Assembly: GCF_048593235.1 (NCBI RefSeq) | Contig: NC_133618.1 | Span: 257,449,882-257,513,881 of the forward strand | Direction of reading: 5' to 3' | Length of the DNA stretch: 64,000 nt | From: Sminthopsis crassicaudata | Lineage: Eukaryota | Shown: piece after piece, positions 1 through 13,498 of the stretch | Numbering within the stretch: position 1 is the stretch's first letter | Layout of the letters: the number at the start of each line of letters is the position of its first letter | Program-made: the position numbers and the translations under genes | Notes under the pieces: generated by a model | Told to the model about the DNA's origin: nothing | The model's database searches: none | The model's input: the letters and a program-made list of their open reading frames with translations, nothing else

Positions 1-2144
1 GAACTCCCTGAATAGACCAAAGTAATGGATGATCCAAAAAGTTTGTTTCTCAAACGGACCTGGGGATTTTGCCAGGCAGATAAATCTCCTCTGCCCCCAG
101 CTCCCTTGTAGGCAGACCTCAATGCAAGGAGATGGCTTCAGGGACCAGAGACCCCAAGCATCAGCTGCAGGTGAAGCCACCAGAGCCAGAGAGACAAATC
201 TTCCCTCAGCCATCTCTCTCTCGGGCAAAATCCACAGGCCTGAGGCTCAAAGCCGACAGCTGAGAGGAGACAAAGGAGACTAAGGAGCTGGAAGATTGAG
301 TTCTTGAGGCACTGGCTGAAGGCCATAGACAAAGTCCCAGGACCCCAAGGAGAGCCACCTGAGAAGAGTGGCCAGGCAGCAGATAAGCCTTTGACTTGTA
401 AAGTTCTTGATTCTTGAGGTCCAGGAAGCATAAGACAAAGGTAGATTCTTTAGTTTGGGCCCAGGAGGAGCTTCTTGGAGGAGGAAGCTTGTTGGATCAG
501 GCTCTAACTAGCAGTTCTGACACCTGGGGCAGAGTGACTAGGAAAACTTTGGGGTACAAGGGCCCAGAGCAGGAGAGAGACTGCCGGACAATGTCAGGCC
601 ATTATTGTCCAGGCCGCTGACTGCCTCCGCCTCAGGATACCACTGCCTCAATCAAGGCGCACAGCTCTTCATGTGCCATGGAACAAAGGGGGTGAGGGAG
701 CAGAAGGAAAGTGCAGTCCTACTTGTCTCCGCCCTGTGGCCCAGACACCAACCACTGCCAGAGGAGGGGAATGGACCACTGGGGGTCCCCGCACCTAGTG
801 GGAGAGTGCAGGTAGTGGCCACACTGCCTGTCATGGGCCCGGCAAAGAACCATGAGGTAAAGGAGGGGGGGGAAGGAGAAAGGGGCTAGGAAGTTCTCCG
901 CTGGGTCCTGCCTCAGATTCTCTTGTTGGATTTCCCACAGGGTTCTGGGGGTCTGAACAGGAGAGGAAGGAGCCAGGGAGAGACAGATTCCTGAAATTTG
1001 ATGTTAGTTCAGCATTTGGGGGTCACATTCAGAGTCTAAGGGGTCTCTAGAGTGAATGTCAGGGTGAAGGGTGGGGATTGCCAAAGGTGAGAAAGGGTCT
1101 CCATAGGGACAAAGATCATCAGTGAATGATACTATGCCTGTCAAGGTCTCCCTTATCAGACTAAATGTCAAAAGGCAGGGACTTGTGTTTTTGGTGCTTC
1201 CCATTGACCTTAACACAGAAATCAACAGAAGTTGGGGTTTTTTAAAGATGTGTTAATTTTATCAATTTGACCTGGAGACAGAGAAGTCTGGTTTAGTGGA
1301 AAGGAGATAGAATGTTCAAAAAAAAAATGCATGGCAGATCAGTCATCCACCAAAATCTCCAGTGGAGATCTCAAGTCAGCAAAAACTTTTGAACCTAGCT
1401 CTCATTCTCAATGTGTGATGAATTCTCCTGAGGACAGGAAGTGAGGAGATCACTAGGACTATGGTCCCCTAAGGACCAACCAGGAGGATGTCATTCCACC
1501 TTTCCTACCCTCCCTGTACTCCAACAAACTACCTTTAGAACATCTTTGTTGGGAGCCCCATAACTATTCCTCTTCCAAGACTGAAAAGGGAGGCGTGGAT
1601 AACTTTCTTTGTCTCTCTACAATTTGGAAATAAAATGTGTTCCTCATCTAAGCTCTGTGTGTTTTAGTTGTGCCTGTGTGTGTGTGTGTCCATGTATGTT
1701 CATGGGATCACGTGTTAGAAGTGTGAGGGGCCTTAATGATCATCAAGGCCAGGGGCACACAAGGGGTGTCAGAGCTGGCATTCAAACCCACATCCTCTGG
1801 TAACAGGTCTAACACTCACACCTTGTCATTTTCCAGATGTCAGCGTGTCCTAAACATAAGAAGTGCTGCATGGTCCTGAGCCCCGTCAAATGGATCAACA
1901 GCAGAAATGGATATGTTGTGGGGGGGTTGTATCAACAGAAATATCTGTTTTACCATTGCATCCCAAGGACCATCTGACTTGCTGTTCAATCCTCCTGTGT
2001 GTGTTGTCTCCCACTATTAGAATGTAAATTCTGTTAGAACAGGGACCATCTTGCTCCTCTTTTTGTGTCCCCAGTAAGTGTCTAATAGAAGCTTTTTTCA
2101 TTCATTCATCTATCCATCCAGTCACTCACTGCAGTTAGAATGCC

Positions 2145-2355
2145 AGAGTTGGGAATTAGGAATATCTGTCTTCATATTCTGTCTCAGAGTTGCTAGATAG
2201 TTTGATCATAGGCAAATAAGTCATTTAATCCCTGTCAGAACCAATTTTTTCATCTGTAAAATGGGATTATTACTTGTAGTGCTTCCTGTGTAAGGTTATT
2301 ACAAGGATGAAATGTTTGTAAAATGCTTTGCACACTGGAAGATGCTCTATACATT
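2145..2355 (+). mobile_element. MIR SINE
   Basis: CORE AAGTCATTTAATC..TTTTCATCTGTAAAATGGG and tail TGTAAAATGCTTTGCA. Confidence 0.7.
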
Positions 2356-2465
2356 TTTTATATGGTGGTTTCTTTTAGAATCTTTCTGGCTCCATGTCTC
2401 CCTTGTCTGTACCCCTGTGTATCCCCCTGAAAGCAGAGCCAGAACAAAGACGAATTGTTAAGTAA

Positions 2466-3095
<630 letters not shown>

Positions 3096-4734
3096 GGCTT
3101 GGGCATGAGGTGCCCACCGCCAACCATAATCTGCCATGACACAGCCCCTCGCTGCGGGACCCAGGCCGTCTTCCTGGGAAGCCCAGGTTCCTCTCCTCCG
3201 TCTGGGCCCTTGTCGCATCCTGTGGCACATCTCGTCGCCGGTCCCTTGCCCTTCTCTCTGGACCCCAACCCCCGTGCCGGTTGCTACCCACCTCCTCTCA
3301 ATGATGACTCACCTTCCTGGGTCCCTACTAGGATCCTGAGTTGGGGTTGCTTGGAGAATTCTAGTTCCTCAAGGTGGCAAAGGGCCTCTGGCTGCCAGAG
3401 CTCATAATGGCTCCCGAGGAAACTCAGACCCTGGAACTGAAGCCCCTGAAAGAGATAGAGCTCTGGAGCGGGAAGCCCCAACCCAAACCCCATAGCACCC
3501 ATATTAAAGGCGTATTGACTCGTGCCCCAGGAGAGACCATCTCCCCATCATCAGGGAGGGGTGTCTAGGACCAGGACTGAAACCCCTGCAGTTTAGCATA
3601 CTGCACAAAGGCTGTGTTTACAACCGATTGTGCTGCTGGGATTTTTTTTTGTCTTTTTTTCTTTTTTTTACTAAAGTGTGACTATCTACTCTGTTCTCTG
3701 TCCCCCATCTGCATATTTTCCTGAAGTCACAAAGTTTGTTTCTAACTGCCTGAGGATCTTTCTGGTCCCAGGGTTACCTGTCAGGGCCCTTTTCCCTCAT
3801 GCAGGGAACAGGAAAGCCGTGGATGACCCCTTCAGGTCAGAAGCTCCTCTCCCATCCCAGTCTTACTTATAGACAGGCCTGGAATATCACCTTGAACTAT
3901 AGACACTGACCCCTTGGACCCTGATTCCTAAATGGTCCTCAGACACTGGGACTTCTCAGAAAGTGATTCGGGGTGCCGATCCCAAGTGGGACTTTTCGTC
4001 AATTCCTGTGTTGTCCAGAAGGGGATAGTGCTCCCTCCCTTTTGGCAGTTTTCTTTGAACCTAGGGCCCAAGATGATGCCCTAAGCTGCCTGGTTGTGGA
4101 GGGGAGGGGAAGGCATCCAAGGGAATGTGCTGACCCAAGAGGGACACGGATCTGCCTCACCCACCAAGTCCAAAGTCTCATATGCCCACAGGGAACATGC
4201 AGAGAATGGGGACTCTCCACAGGTTGGCCCCCTGGGGAGTCCGTCTAAACCTCTCCCTGGCATGGGGGTGCTCAGCCATTGATCTTGCTGCCCAGATGGG
4301 GGACTCATCTGCCAGGGCTTGTCCCCTAGAAAAGGGAGCCCCAGAGAGAGTGCCCAAGAACACATGGGAGGTCTACAACAAGGCCCACAGCCAGTCTGTG
4401 TCAGAATTCTGTTTGTAACCAGGGGAAGGGCTCAGTCTACAGTCAAGGTTCCAAATCAGTCAGTGGCTGATCTCAGGGCTCAGTTTGGGACCAAAGTAAA
4501 GCACAGAACCATAAAATATCAGTACTTCAGGGACCTTGGAGACCATCCCATTACTTCTCCAAGGATTTTATTCTAACCATGGTCCGACAAGACCTCACTC
4601 TAAATCTGATACTGACTCCACTGATGACTTGTTAAACCTAGTTGTTGACCCCACTCTGGACACAGATATTTAACTCAATTTTCCTTTCCTCTACCTTTCC
4701 CTTATCCAAACTCTGATTCATTCTTTTTTTAAAA

Positions 4735-4950
4735 AATTAATTAATTTTTAATATATGTTGTTTTATGAATTATGTTGAGAGAGAAAAATCAGAACAAAAG
4801 GGGAAAACCATGGGAGAGGGAAAAAAAAAACAAAAAAGAAGTGAACCTAGCAGGTGCTGCCTTACATTCAACTTTCATTCTATTTCTGGAGGCAGATGGC
4901 ATTTTCTATCCAAAGTCTATTGGGATTGTGTTGGACCCTGACTTATTCTT
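4735..4950 (-). mobile_element. Older L1 3'UTR fragment
   Basis: GAGAGAAAAATCAGAACAAAAGGGGAAAAC..GAGGCAGATGGCATTTTCTATCCAAAGTCTATTGGGATTG. Confidence 0.6.
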
Positions 4951-7233
4951 AACTCAGAATAATCCTGCACTCACTCTCCAAGATCTTTATCCTCCCTTTG
5001 CCCCAACATGGAGTCTAGGAACAGAAGCTGCCCCTGGTTTGCCCACCCTGCTCTCATTTTCCTTCCAGGCAAGTGGATGATGCCCTTGGGAGGGTGAGCA
5101 ACGGACAGGGAGATAGCAGGACGGAAGGCCACGTAAACTGTTCAAGATTAAGCATCTCTTTATCAGGGCTCTGGGGCAGATAAGCCATGTAAGGCATTTG
5201 CCAGCTCAGGACTCGGGCACCTCAGTCACTTTTCTTAAGTCCATGTTTTTTCTAGCTGTTCTGGAGTTGCATAGAGAAAGCCAGAACCGAAAGAAGAACT
5301 GGAACCTGGGGGTGCAGAACATTAAACCCAGGCTCCTTTGCTTTCCGCCTTGCCACTGGCATAAGGGTAGGTAGAAGTCAGGCTTTGTAGGGGTCACGTG
5401 TCCCTGTTTGAGTGCAGTTGTGGTCACAGTTAAACGTACCTGTCCCCCGGCTTCTCCAGGATGGGGAAAGGGATCAGTGCCATCCAACAGATGACCTTGG
5501 GGATGGTCCAGGAGAGCTTACTTTCCCACGTCAGGGGGAGGCACCCAGACTAAGCGAGGGTAATCCTCTTGCTGGGAAGGGCTTGGGGGTAGACAGCTTT
5601 GTCCCTTGGGGGTGTCTGGGGCTGGAGGACCACGGCAGAAATGTGGTGTCCTCACCAGGGAGTGGGGGGCAGATTAGCTCTCGGGTAAACATTAATGGGG
5701 TGGTGCTTATAGTGGGTCATGTGTGAGCAAAGCTGGATCTTTGACCTGAAGCTGCTCCCGTGGGTTCAAGGCACTACCAGGCTCTTATACAGCCTCCTAA
5801 TCACTTCTCAGAGGGTGCCTTGGGGCCAAGAGGCTGCTCAGGTAGGAGTCCTAGGGGCTAGGACTTGGGGCTTGGCTGGGGCAGCAGGTGGATGTACTAG
5901 AGAGGGTGGGTTGGCTTTCTCTCACGGGATACCAGGGTTTATCCTCTCATCCCTAGCTACCTCGTAGTTAATGGCAGGAAAGAACTACAAGGGAACAGAG
6001 GAGTGACCAAGAAGGAGAGGGGAGCAGGACACGTGCACCTCCATCCCTTCTTATACCACCTGAGTATGAGGAGGGTGACAGAGGAGGTATACCCCCTCCT
6101 GCCTTGTAAAATCTCAGAATCAGGCAGGAGAGAGCTGCAGACTATGACATGACATGACATGATGTCTGTGCTCGTGGGTGACTTGTGAGGAGGACCTGGG
6201 CTGTGATGGGTTTGACCATCCAAGGGAGGTGGAAACATCTGGAGGCAAGCTGGTCCACTGTAAAAGAACACTGCATGTGAGGTCAGAAGACCTGCGATTG
6301 AGTCCCACTTCTAATGCCTACAGCTTGTGTGATTTTGGACAAGTCCCTTTTATCTGTAAATGAGAGACTTGCACTGGGGTCCCTTCCAACTCCACATCTC
6401 TGATCTTAAGAACCTTCTGGAGGTATGGAGGGGGGAAGCAGTTGCTTCCAAATAAAAGCTAGAAATCAGCTATGGGAAAGCCAAGGGTAAGATTAAAGAT
6501 GAACAGTGTGGCTTTTGAGGGGCAGAAAGTGTTGAGAAATTAGGATCTTGGCTTTCTGACAGATGAGTAGGAGCGCTGATCTCCAGGCTCTTGGTGTCCC
6601 CCCCCCTATCATTCTCTAGTTCTAACCTATACCCCTTATTGAGCATACAATAAGGAATTGTAATGATAAATTGTCACTCTAGTCATTTCAAATGCCAAAG
6701 TCTAATCTGAAAGCATCTACAGTATCTTTAATGACACGAGATAGGAAGGGTCACTGAGTTCTCCACTCAGGGCCAGATCCTGATGTTACCTTCCCACTTT
6801 GCCCTCCTTGCCCTCTTCTCCACCCTAACCCTTGATCCAACCCAAAGATAGCTTGATCTGACCGTGTATATCCTGGAAGAACTGGCAGGAATAGTATAAA
6901 TCAAGGGACTTGTGCATGGGCCAGACTTTAGGAAGACAGAGGGACGGATGAGACCATGGGTTACCCGAAGCCTCTGAATTTGTCTCCTGTAATAGAGCAT
7001 CATCACTTCTATGGTGGGTGCGGATTCTGGTTTGGAAGGATATATTTCTAACGGACAGGTGGGAGAAAAACACAGACCTGAAGCCAAAGCAGTTTCCTTC
7101 TGTGGAGGTGAGGAGCAGAGCCTCAGGATTTCTGGCTCCTTTACATTCCCTGACAGGGAAAGAAGGAACCTTCTCCCATTCTTTTCATTTCCCACAGCCA
7201 GTCTGAGACCTGGCCCTACACTGACTCCTGCCC

Positions 7234-7312
7234 ATGTCTCACTCTCAGCCTGGCCACAAGGCCCCGACCACAGTCACGATCAGCCTTGAGGGCCAGAGAA
7301 CCGGAGATGCAG
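7234..7312 (+). CDS. SLC34A3: SLC34A3 first coding exon (MSHSQPGHKAPTTVTISLEGQRTGDA-G)
   Basis: Acceptor tttcccacAG ends 7197, ATG at 7234, donor GTACCA at 7313, phase 1 matches the next exon. The peptide is divergent, so the call rests mainly on position and phase. Confidence 0.75.
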
Positions 7313-7519
7313 GTACCAGAACAGCCTCCTTCCACATCCTCCCCTCTCCCTTTGATTCTCTGCTCCTTAACCCCCAACTCCTGTGTCCTGTCACACACCC
7401 TGACTCCATCTCAGCTTCTGCCCGGTTTGGTGCCTTCCCTGCCCCCTCCTGGAAAGCTGGCCCTTGTCCTGGGGTCCAGCTCAGCCATTCATCCTGGCCC
7501 TGACTCAGACCCTCCGCAG

Positions 7520-7633
7520 GGATGGAAGAATTCAGAGCGCAGGCCCCTGATTGGACCCCTGACCTGGAGGAAGAGGGGGTGGCGGACCCTTGGGCCCTCC
7601 CACAGCTGAAAGCATCTGGCCAGTCATGGAAAG
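7520..7633 (+). CDS. SLC34A3: SLC34A3 coding exon 2 (..LEEEGVADPWALPQLKASGQSWK)
   Basis: DPWxLPQL motif; acceptor ccgcAG, donor GTGAAT; phase 1-1. Confidence 0.9.
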
Positions 7634-8106
7634 GTGAATCCTATTCTTGTCTCTGAGGTAGAGAAGGTCAGAGCGAGCCAGAGACAAGGAATTAAAAGGG
7701 GGCAAGAAAGCATCTGACATTGAAGGAAACATCTTGTAGTCAAGGGAAAGAGCTGCAAATAAATTCTTTGAGTTTGGTTTTCGAAGAGCCCTCATGATTG
7801 CATCCCCATTTAATAAATGGAGAAACTGAGGGCATGGGGAGAGTGATTGAAGTTGTGGAATTGGGGTATGGAATAGGCATGTGGGGATTCAGGTTAGTAG
7901 AGGAAACATGGGACTGGAGAGGTCAAAGTAAGGAACGGAAATAGAAATAAAGGGATTAAAGTTGGGAAGAGGGGTGTGGCACACAGATGCGGGGATTGGT
8001 GTTTGGAAAGGGAATGCAGGATGAGGGGGATGTAGGAACTGTTTATGAAAGAAGGGTAAACATGGGAGCCCTGGGCAAAAGATCAATGTCTACTTTGTTC
8101 CCTCAG

Positions 8107-8235
8107 AGCTAAACTGGAAAGATCAGCTACGCCATGTGGTCATTGGTGTCCTGAAGGGCTTTGCCCTTCTTGGCCTCCTCTACCTCTTCATTTGTTCCCT
8201 GGATATTCTCAGCTCTGCCTTCCAGCTGCTGAGCA
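8107..8235 (+). CDS. SLC34A3: SLC34A3 coding exon 3 ([27 protein letters not shown])
   Basis: 129 nt, conserved [19 protein letters not shown] boundaries. Confidence 0.96.
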
Positions 8236-8521
8236 GTGAGTGACCTTGGGCACCACCAGGGCAGGTTTAGGAATCACTAATTTAAACAATTTTTTTCCAT
8301 TTACAAATCGATTTCCTCTCTTCCTCCCTGCCCCCATCTCACCATTGAAAAGCAGAGGAAAAAGAAACTCTTGTAAAGATGGATAGTCAAACAATACAAA
8401 TTGTTATACCAACCACATGTAATAGAATATGTCTAGTTCTGCATCCTCTGTCTGTAAGGTAGCGTGCTTCATTGTGGGTTTTCTGCTATCATGGCTGATC
8501 TTTGGGTGCATTTGGTACCTG

Positions 8522-8665
8522 TCCTGAGGTCAGGAGGACCTGAGTTCAAATCTGGCCTCAGACACTTAACGCGTCCTGGCTGTGTGACCCTGGGCAAGTC
8601 ACTTAACCCCAATTGCCTCACATATACACCCCCCCCCAAAAAAAAAAAAGAAAAGAAAAAGAAGT
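8522..8665 (+). mobile_element. WSINE1-type tRNA-derived CORE SINE, 5'-truncated
   Basis: TCAGGAGGACCTGAGTTCAAATCTGGCCTCAGACAC..CAAGTCACTTAACCCCAATTGCCTC plus A-rich tail. Confidence 0.8.
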
Positions 8666-8722
8666 TGTTTGCTTTTAGAGTTGCTATTGTTTAAAAGTGT
8701 GCTTGTTCTCAGTTCACTCTGA

Positions 8723-9007
<285 letters not shown>

Positions 9008-9146
9008 TGACTGGCCTCCGGGTTCACAGAAAAGTGGATTTTTGGGAGGACTGATGGGGGTAGGGGTGGGGAGGACAGGCTCTCCCCATAGCTACCCCAG
9101 TCTCAGGGCTGAGAGTTCTAGAAGTTGAGCTGGATTTTCTCCTCAG

Positions 9147-9258
9147 TGCTGACTGTTAAAGCCTCGGTACCGATCATCATGGGAGTCAATGTGGGCACAT
9201 CTATCACCAGCACCTTAGTCTCCATGGCCCAGTCGGGTGCCAGGGATGAATTCCGGAG
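9147..9258 (+). CDS. SLC34A3: SLC34A3 coding exon 5
   Basis: 112 nt, [28 protein letters not shown] boundaries. Confidence 0.97.
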
Positions 9259-9409
9259 GTGATTGGGGGAAAGGCTGGAGAGGGGGAGGTCCAGGGTCAA
9301 GGAGGGAGACACGGGGGAGGGTCCTCCGGTTGGGTCTTCCCAGGGCCTGGGAGGGAGGTCTATGGTGGAGAACATTTTTACATCGGATCATGTGAACTTG
9401 GTATTGCAG

Positions 9410-9605
9410 AGCCTTTGGTGGCTCTGCTGTCCATGGCATTTTTAATTGGATGACAGTTCTGGTGTTGCTGCCCCTGGAAGTTGCAGCCAGAGCTCTGGAG
9501 AAACTCAGTGGTCTGGTGGTGGGAGCCTTTACTCTCAGCCCTGGGCAACAGGCACCCGACATCCTGAAGGTGCTAACACAGCCCCTCACCCACCTCATTG
9601 TGCAG
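9410..9605 (+). CDS. SLC34A3: SLC34A3 coding exon 6
   Basis: 196 nt, [42 protein letters not shown]. Confidence 0.97.
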
Positions 9606-9899
9606 GTACCTTCCAGGAGAATGGAGGGAGAGAGGGATCAGAATCTCAGGGTTATTGGGTTTCTCTTTGGGGCTTAATTCATTTGTTAATTGAATAGCTT
9701 ATGTTTCATTTTTCCATGCCCTCCTAAGAAAGTTTTAATAAAAGTAACAGCTCGATGGGCCTAAAATCAACATTGGTAAAGTATCTTGATTTTCAAAGAG
9801 AGAGAGAGAGAGATTTGGAATTAGGATTTGTTAAGTCATTGTCTGGATCACAGAAAAACTAGGGAGGTTCTTGCATTAATTTCGGCTTCAATGGCAATG

Positions 9900-10720
9900 G
9901 TTATCTTCTTCATCTGAATTCAGCTTCTGAGCCCCCCTTGGCTCATCTTTGTTCTCCTGTCTGCTAACTGTGGAAGCCCCCAAAGGTTCTGTTCTTGACC
10001 TTTTTCCTCTTCTTTATTCCTTAACGACTTCATCTCTTTCCACGGCTCCAGTTTTCAACTGTTCACATGACTATCACATCTGTATAATCAGTATTATAAC
10101 ATTTGTGAAAGTGAAAGCATGCCATGCTCCATGGCTGTCTCTCTATCGTCCAGCACAGTACCTTTAAGAAGTGTTTCTTGAGCTGAATTGTTCATCTGGC
10201 TCTGATTTCTTCCCTTGAGCTCCAGACCTATGACTTCAACTGCCCAGAAGTACCACCAGTCCTCAAAGTAACTGTCCCAAACCGAACTCATCGTCTTCCT
10301 CTCAGAGCCATTCTTCCCCCTAGGGTCTCTGCTTCTGTTGAGGGCACTTCCCTGCAGCCAGATTTTACACCTCAGAGTTGACTTTAATTCCTCCCTCTCT
10401 TCTACCTCTCACAGCCGACACATTCCCAGGCCCACTGATTAGAACGCAGTATCTTTTCCATCCGTTTCCTTCACTTCTCTTTACTTCTGCTATCTCCTTT
10501 TTACTGCACCCTTGTCTTGGGTTACTGTCATAGCCTTCCGAGTGGTCACTCTCAGCTTCCAAATTGTTTGCTTCCTTCTTCACACAGCTGACTAAAGAAT
10601 CTCCTTAATGTATCACCAATGACCTTATTTTTCCTCTATGACTTTTCCTGTTGCCTAGAGGATCAAATACAATCTTCTTAGCCTTGGCATTTAAATCCCT
10701 TCACAAAATGGTTGCACTCC
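9900..10720 (+). mobile_element. L2 LINE fragments
   Basis: L2-like GAGCTCCAGACC..CAAACCGAACTCATCGTCTTCC..GCCTAGAGGATCAAATAC; limits approximate. Confidence 0.6.
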
Positions 10721-10899
10721 ATCTTTCTAACTTGATTTCTATAATCAGTAGCCTAAAAGATCATAAGCTCGAGGCTTACACAACCACATCCAGGCTTAGA
10801 GGAATCCCTAAAAGGGTCACATTCTCCTTTGACTGACATCACCATCTAGAATTTATTCTATGGAAGTTTCTATATGTAGCTCCTTCCTAGGTTTATTTG

Positions 10900-11148
10900 G
10901 AGCAACTAGGTGGCACAGGGGGTAGAACACTGGGCTTGAAATCAGGATCTTTCTGAGTTCAAATCCGGTCTCAGACACTTACTGAGCTGTGTGACTCTAA
11001 GCAAGTCACTTACCCCTGTTTGCCTCAGTTTCCTCATCTGTAAAATGAGTTGGAGAAGGAAATGGCAAACTACTCCAGTGTCTTTGCCAAGAAAACCCCA
11101 AATGGAGTCATGAAGAGTAAAGCGCAAGTGAAATGACTCAACAATAAC
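10900..11148 (+). mobile_element. MAR1-type marsupial CORE SINE
   Basis: tRNA head, CORE, and tail GAGAAGGAAATGGCAAACTACTCCAGTGTCTTTGCCAAGAAAACCCC. Confidence 0.8.
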
Positions 11149-12574
11149 AAAAAAAGGTTTATTTGATTCTTATTTGTAGGTAGACTACTAGCATGATGCT
11201 TGTCCAAATTGTGTTACATTAGTTCATCTTAAGGGATGACTCCTGCTTCATGCTAATTAGTAGGCTTGCATCAACCTTCTCCGCTGAGAGATGCACTGTT
11301 GTGGTTTTCTGGGTCCTCTCCATCTTTTGAAGTGCCAGCACAAGTCAGTAGGTAGACGTGGCTCTCATCCAAAAGCTGCCAGGTCAGCGAGTTCACTTTT
11401 ATAGACCAACCCAAAGGTTATTTCTGCTTAAGAGATTGTATACTCTGGAGTATATGAGAGACAGCATGGTGTGGTGCATGGGATGCCGAATTTGGAGTCA
11501 GAAAGCCTTGCTTCATGCCTGGCATTTACTAGCCATGTGACCATGGAGAACTTAACTTCTCTAAAGCTCAGTTTCCTTATCTGTAAAATGAAGCCGTCAG
11601 ACTCACTGATTTCTAGGGTTCCTTCCAGCTCTAAGTTTATGGCATAATCTTGAGGCTGTCCCAGACACTGAAACCCATCCCTTAGAAGGCATGTAGGACT
11701 GGCTCCAAACCAACCCAATTTATTTTGGAGGCCAAACCAAAATCACTAAGACTGAATCAGGTAGTGTCTTTTTTTCCTTTTAAGGTGCCTTAGCTCTACA
11801 GAGAGAGGATATTGTTACTCTTCTTGTTCAGTTATTTCTGTTATAGCGACTCTTCATGACCCCATTTTGGGGTCTTCTTGGTAAAGATACTGTACTGGTT
11901 TGCCATTTTCTTCTCCAGGTCATTTTGACAGATGAAGAAACTGGAGCACAGACAATTAAAAGTTTGAAACAAAGCTCCCCTAGTTGATTAGTGAGCGTTC
12001 CTGATCAGTCTTACATTTTATACATTCACACATTCTAATTCCAACAAATGGGACCATTAAATATATTCCCTAATCTTTTCCTATAGTTTTCTGTCTCTGT
12101 GAATTTATTAAGGTTTCCCACCTTTTCCAGCTCTCTCTGAAATGATCTGGTTTCTCAACTTCATCTGTCAAAATCCCTTATTTCTTTGAATGTACATCTT
12201 AAATGTACCTTCTCCATGAAGTCTTCACTCATTCCCCTGATGAAAGTGGTCCTTTCTAACTCAAATTTTCTCAGACTACTTTGTCTGAGTCTCTTTCTTG
12301 CATTTACCACATTCTCACTAATCTCATATTTATATGTATACGTGTCTCTTCCCAATTGTACTGTAAGTTCCTTGGGAGCAGGAGCTATCATTTTTCATAT
12401 TTGCTTTCCTATTGCAGAGCATAATTATGGTTATAGCCATGAAAACTTTCCCCTTCTTTCTTTCCTTTGAACTCTTTAAACAAAATGGGCAATACTTGGC
12501 CAACTATGCTGGTTATCTTTCGCAAGATTTCTGGTGGCTAGCAGGGGGCAGGTCTAGGTAACCATGGGGGACCC

Positions 12575-12577
<3 letters not shown>

Positions 12578-12627
<50 letters not shown>
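12578..12627 (+). repeat. (TG)25 microsatellite
   Basis: Perfect run read directly. Confidence 0.97.
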
Positions 12628-12628
<1 letters not shown>

Positions 12629-12765
12629 ATAAAGGGGAGGAGGGAAGGAAGAGAAAAGGTGGGAAGTTACTCAGGAGGTGGTTGATGCCAGAGACAGTAT
12701 TAAGGCTGATGCTAGCCTATCACTGAGCTTTCCTTTGTTCACTGTTCTGGCCTGGTCTTCCACAG

Positions 12766-12852
12766 CTGGACCCTAAAGTTATCTCAGAAAGTGCCAAAGG
12801 AAATGTGACCAACAGCATCATCAAGCGATGGTGTGTCACCAGGGACGAGATG
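12766..12852 (+). CDS. SLC34A3: SLC34A3 coding exon 7 (extracellular loop, LDPKVISESAKGNVTNSIIKRWCVTRDEM)
   Basis: 87 nt, phase 0-0, conserved LD..N-x-T..IK.WC, acceptor ccacAG, donor GTGAGG. Confidence 0.92.
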
Positions 12853-12941
12853 GTGAGGATACATCCCAGGTCACAAACAGACCCCTGTCTCCCATATATC
12901 ATAGATCAAAGAGAATCCACTTCCTCAGGGTTCCTCTAGAC

Positions 12942-13100
12942 CAAGGTTCTTAACTTGAGGTTCATGAACCCCTAGATTCCAGGGGATCCATAAACTTGAA
13001 TGAAAAAAATTACATCTTCTTTTTCATTCATCTCTAATTGAAAATTTCATTTTTCTTTCATTTAAAAATGCCATTCTGACAGAAAAAAGTTTAACCAGAG
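12942..13100. mobile_element. Ancient hAT/Charlie-like DNA transposon remnant (one end)
   Basis: CAAGGTTCTTAAC terminus preceded by CTCTAGAC (hAT-type TA-centred target); other end not found. Confidence 0.45.
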
Positions 13101-13289
13101 TGCCACAGTTCATCCTGGCTCTGATCCTGGACTCTTTCTAACATAGCTATTGCTAACCTGGCCCTCTGACTCCAGAACTCTCCCCAGACACCACCTTATG
13201 TACCCTTACTCTCCCAGTATTGCCCCCTGACATTCCTAAGCCAAGCCTCTGACTTCTAAGCCCTTCTGTGACCCCTGACTCTACCCCAG

Positions 13290-13407
13290 GATGTGGAGAC
13301 CATACCAGTGAAGAACGTGAGTGAATGCAGCGTGCAGTCCTGCTTCCCTTGCGGGGTCCAGCTTTGCCTAGAGAAGAACATCACAAGCACAGTCTACGTG
13401 GAACGCT
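13290..13407 (+). CDS. SLC34A3: SLC34A3 coding exon 8 (Cys-rich extracellular loop)
   Basis: 118 nt, phase 0 to 1, open frame, joins the next exon to give the conserved ER-CHHLF; acceptor ccccAG, donor GTAAGA. Confidence 0.85.
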
Positions 13408-13498
13408 GTAAGAGAGTTCCTCTCTGAACTTCTCCTCGACTCCTCCCTGCCGGCCCGTTCCCCCAGCCCCAGCCCAATCCTTGTGACCATCTCTTTAG

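Noticed and set aside
6895-6900. TATAAA as the SLC34A3 promoter
   Set aside because: Plausible position, but the non-coding first exon cannot be defined from sequence alone.
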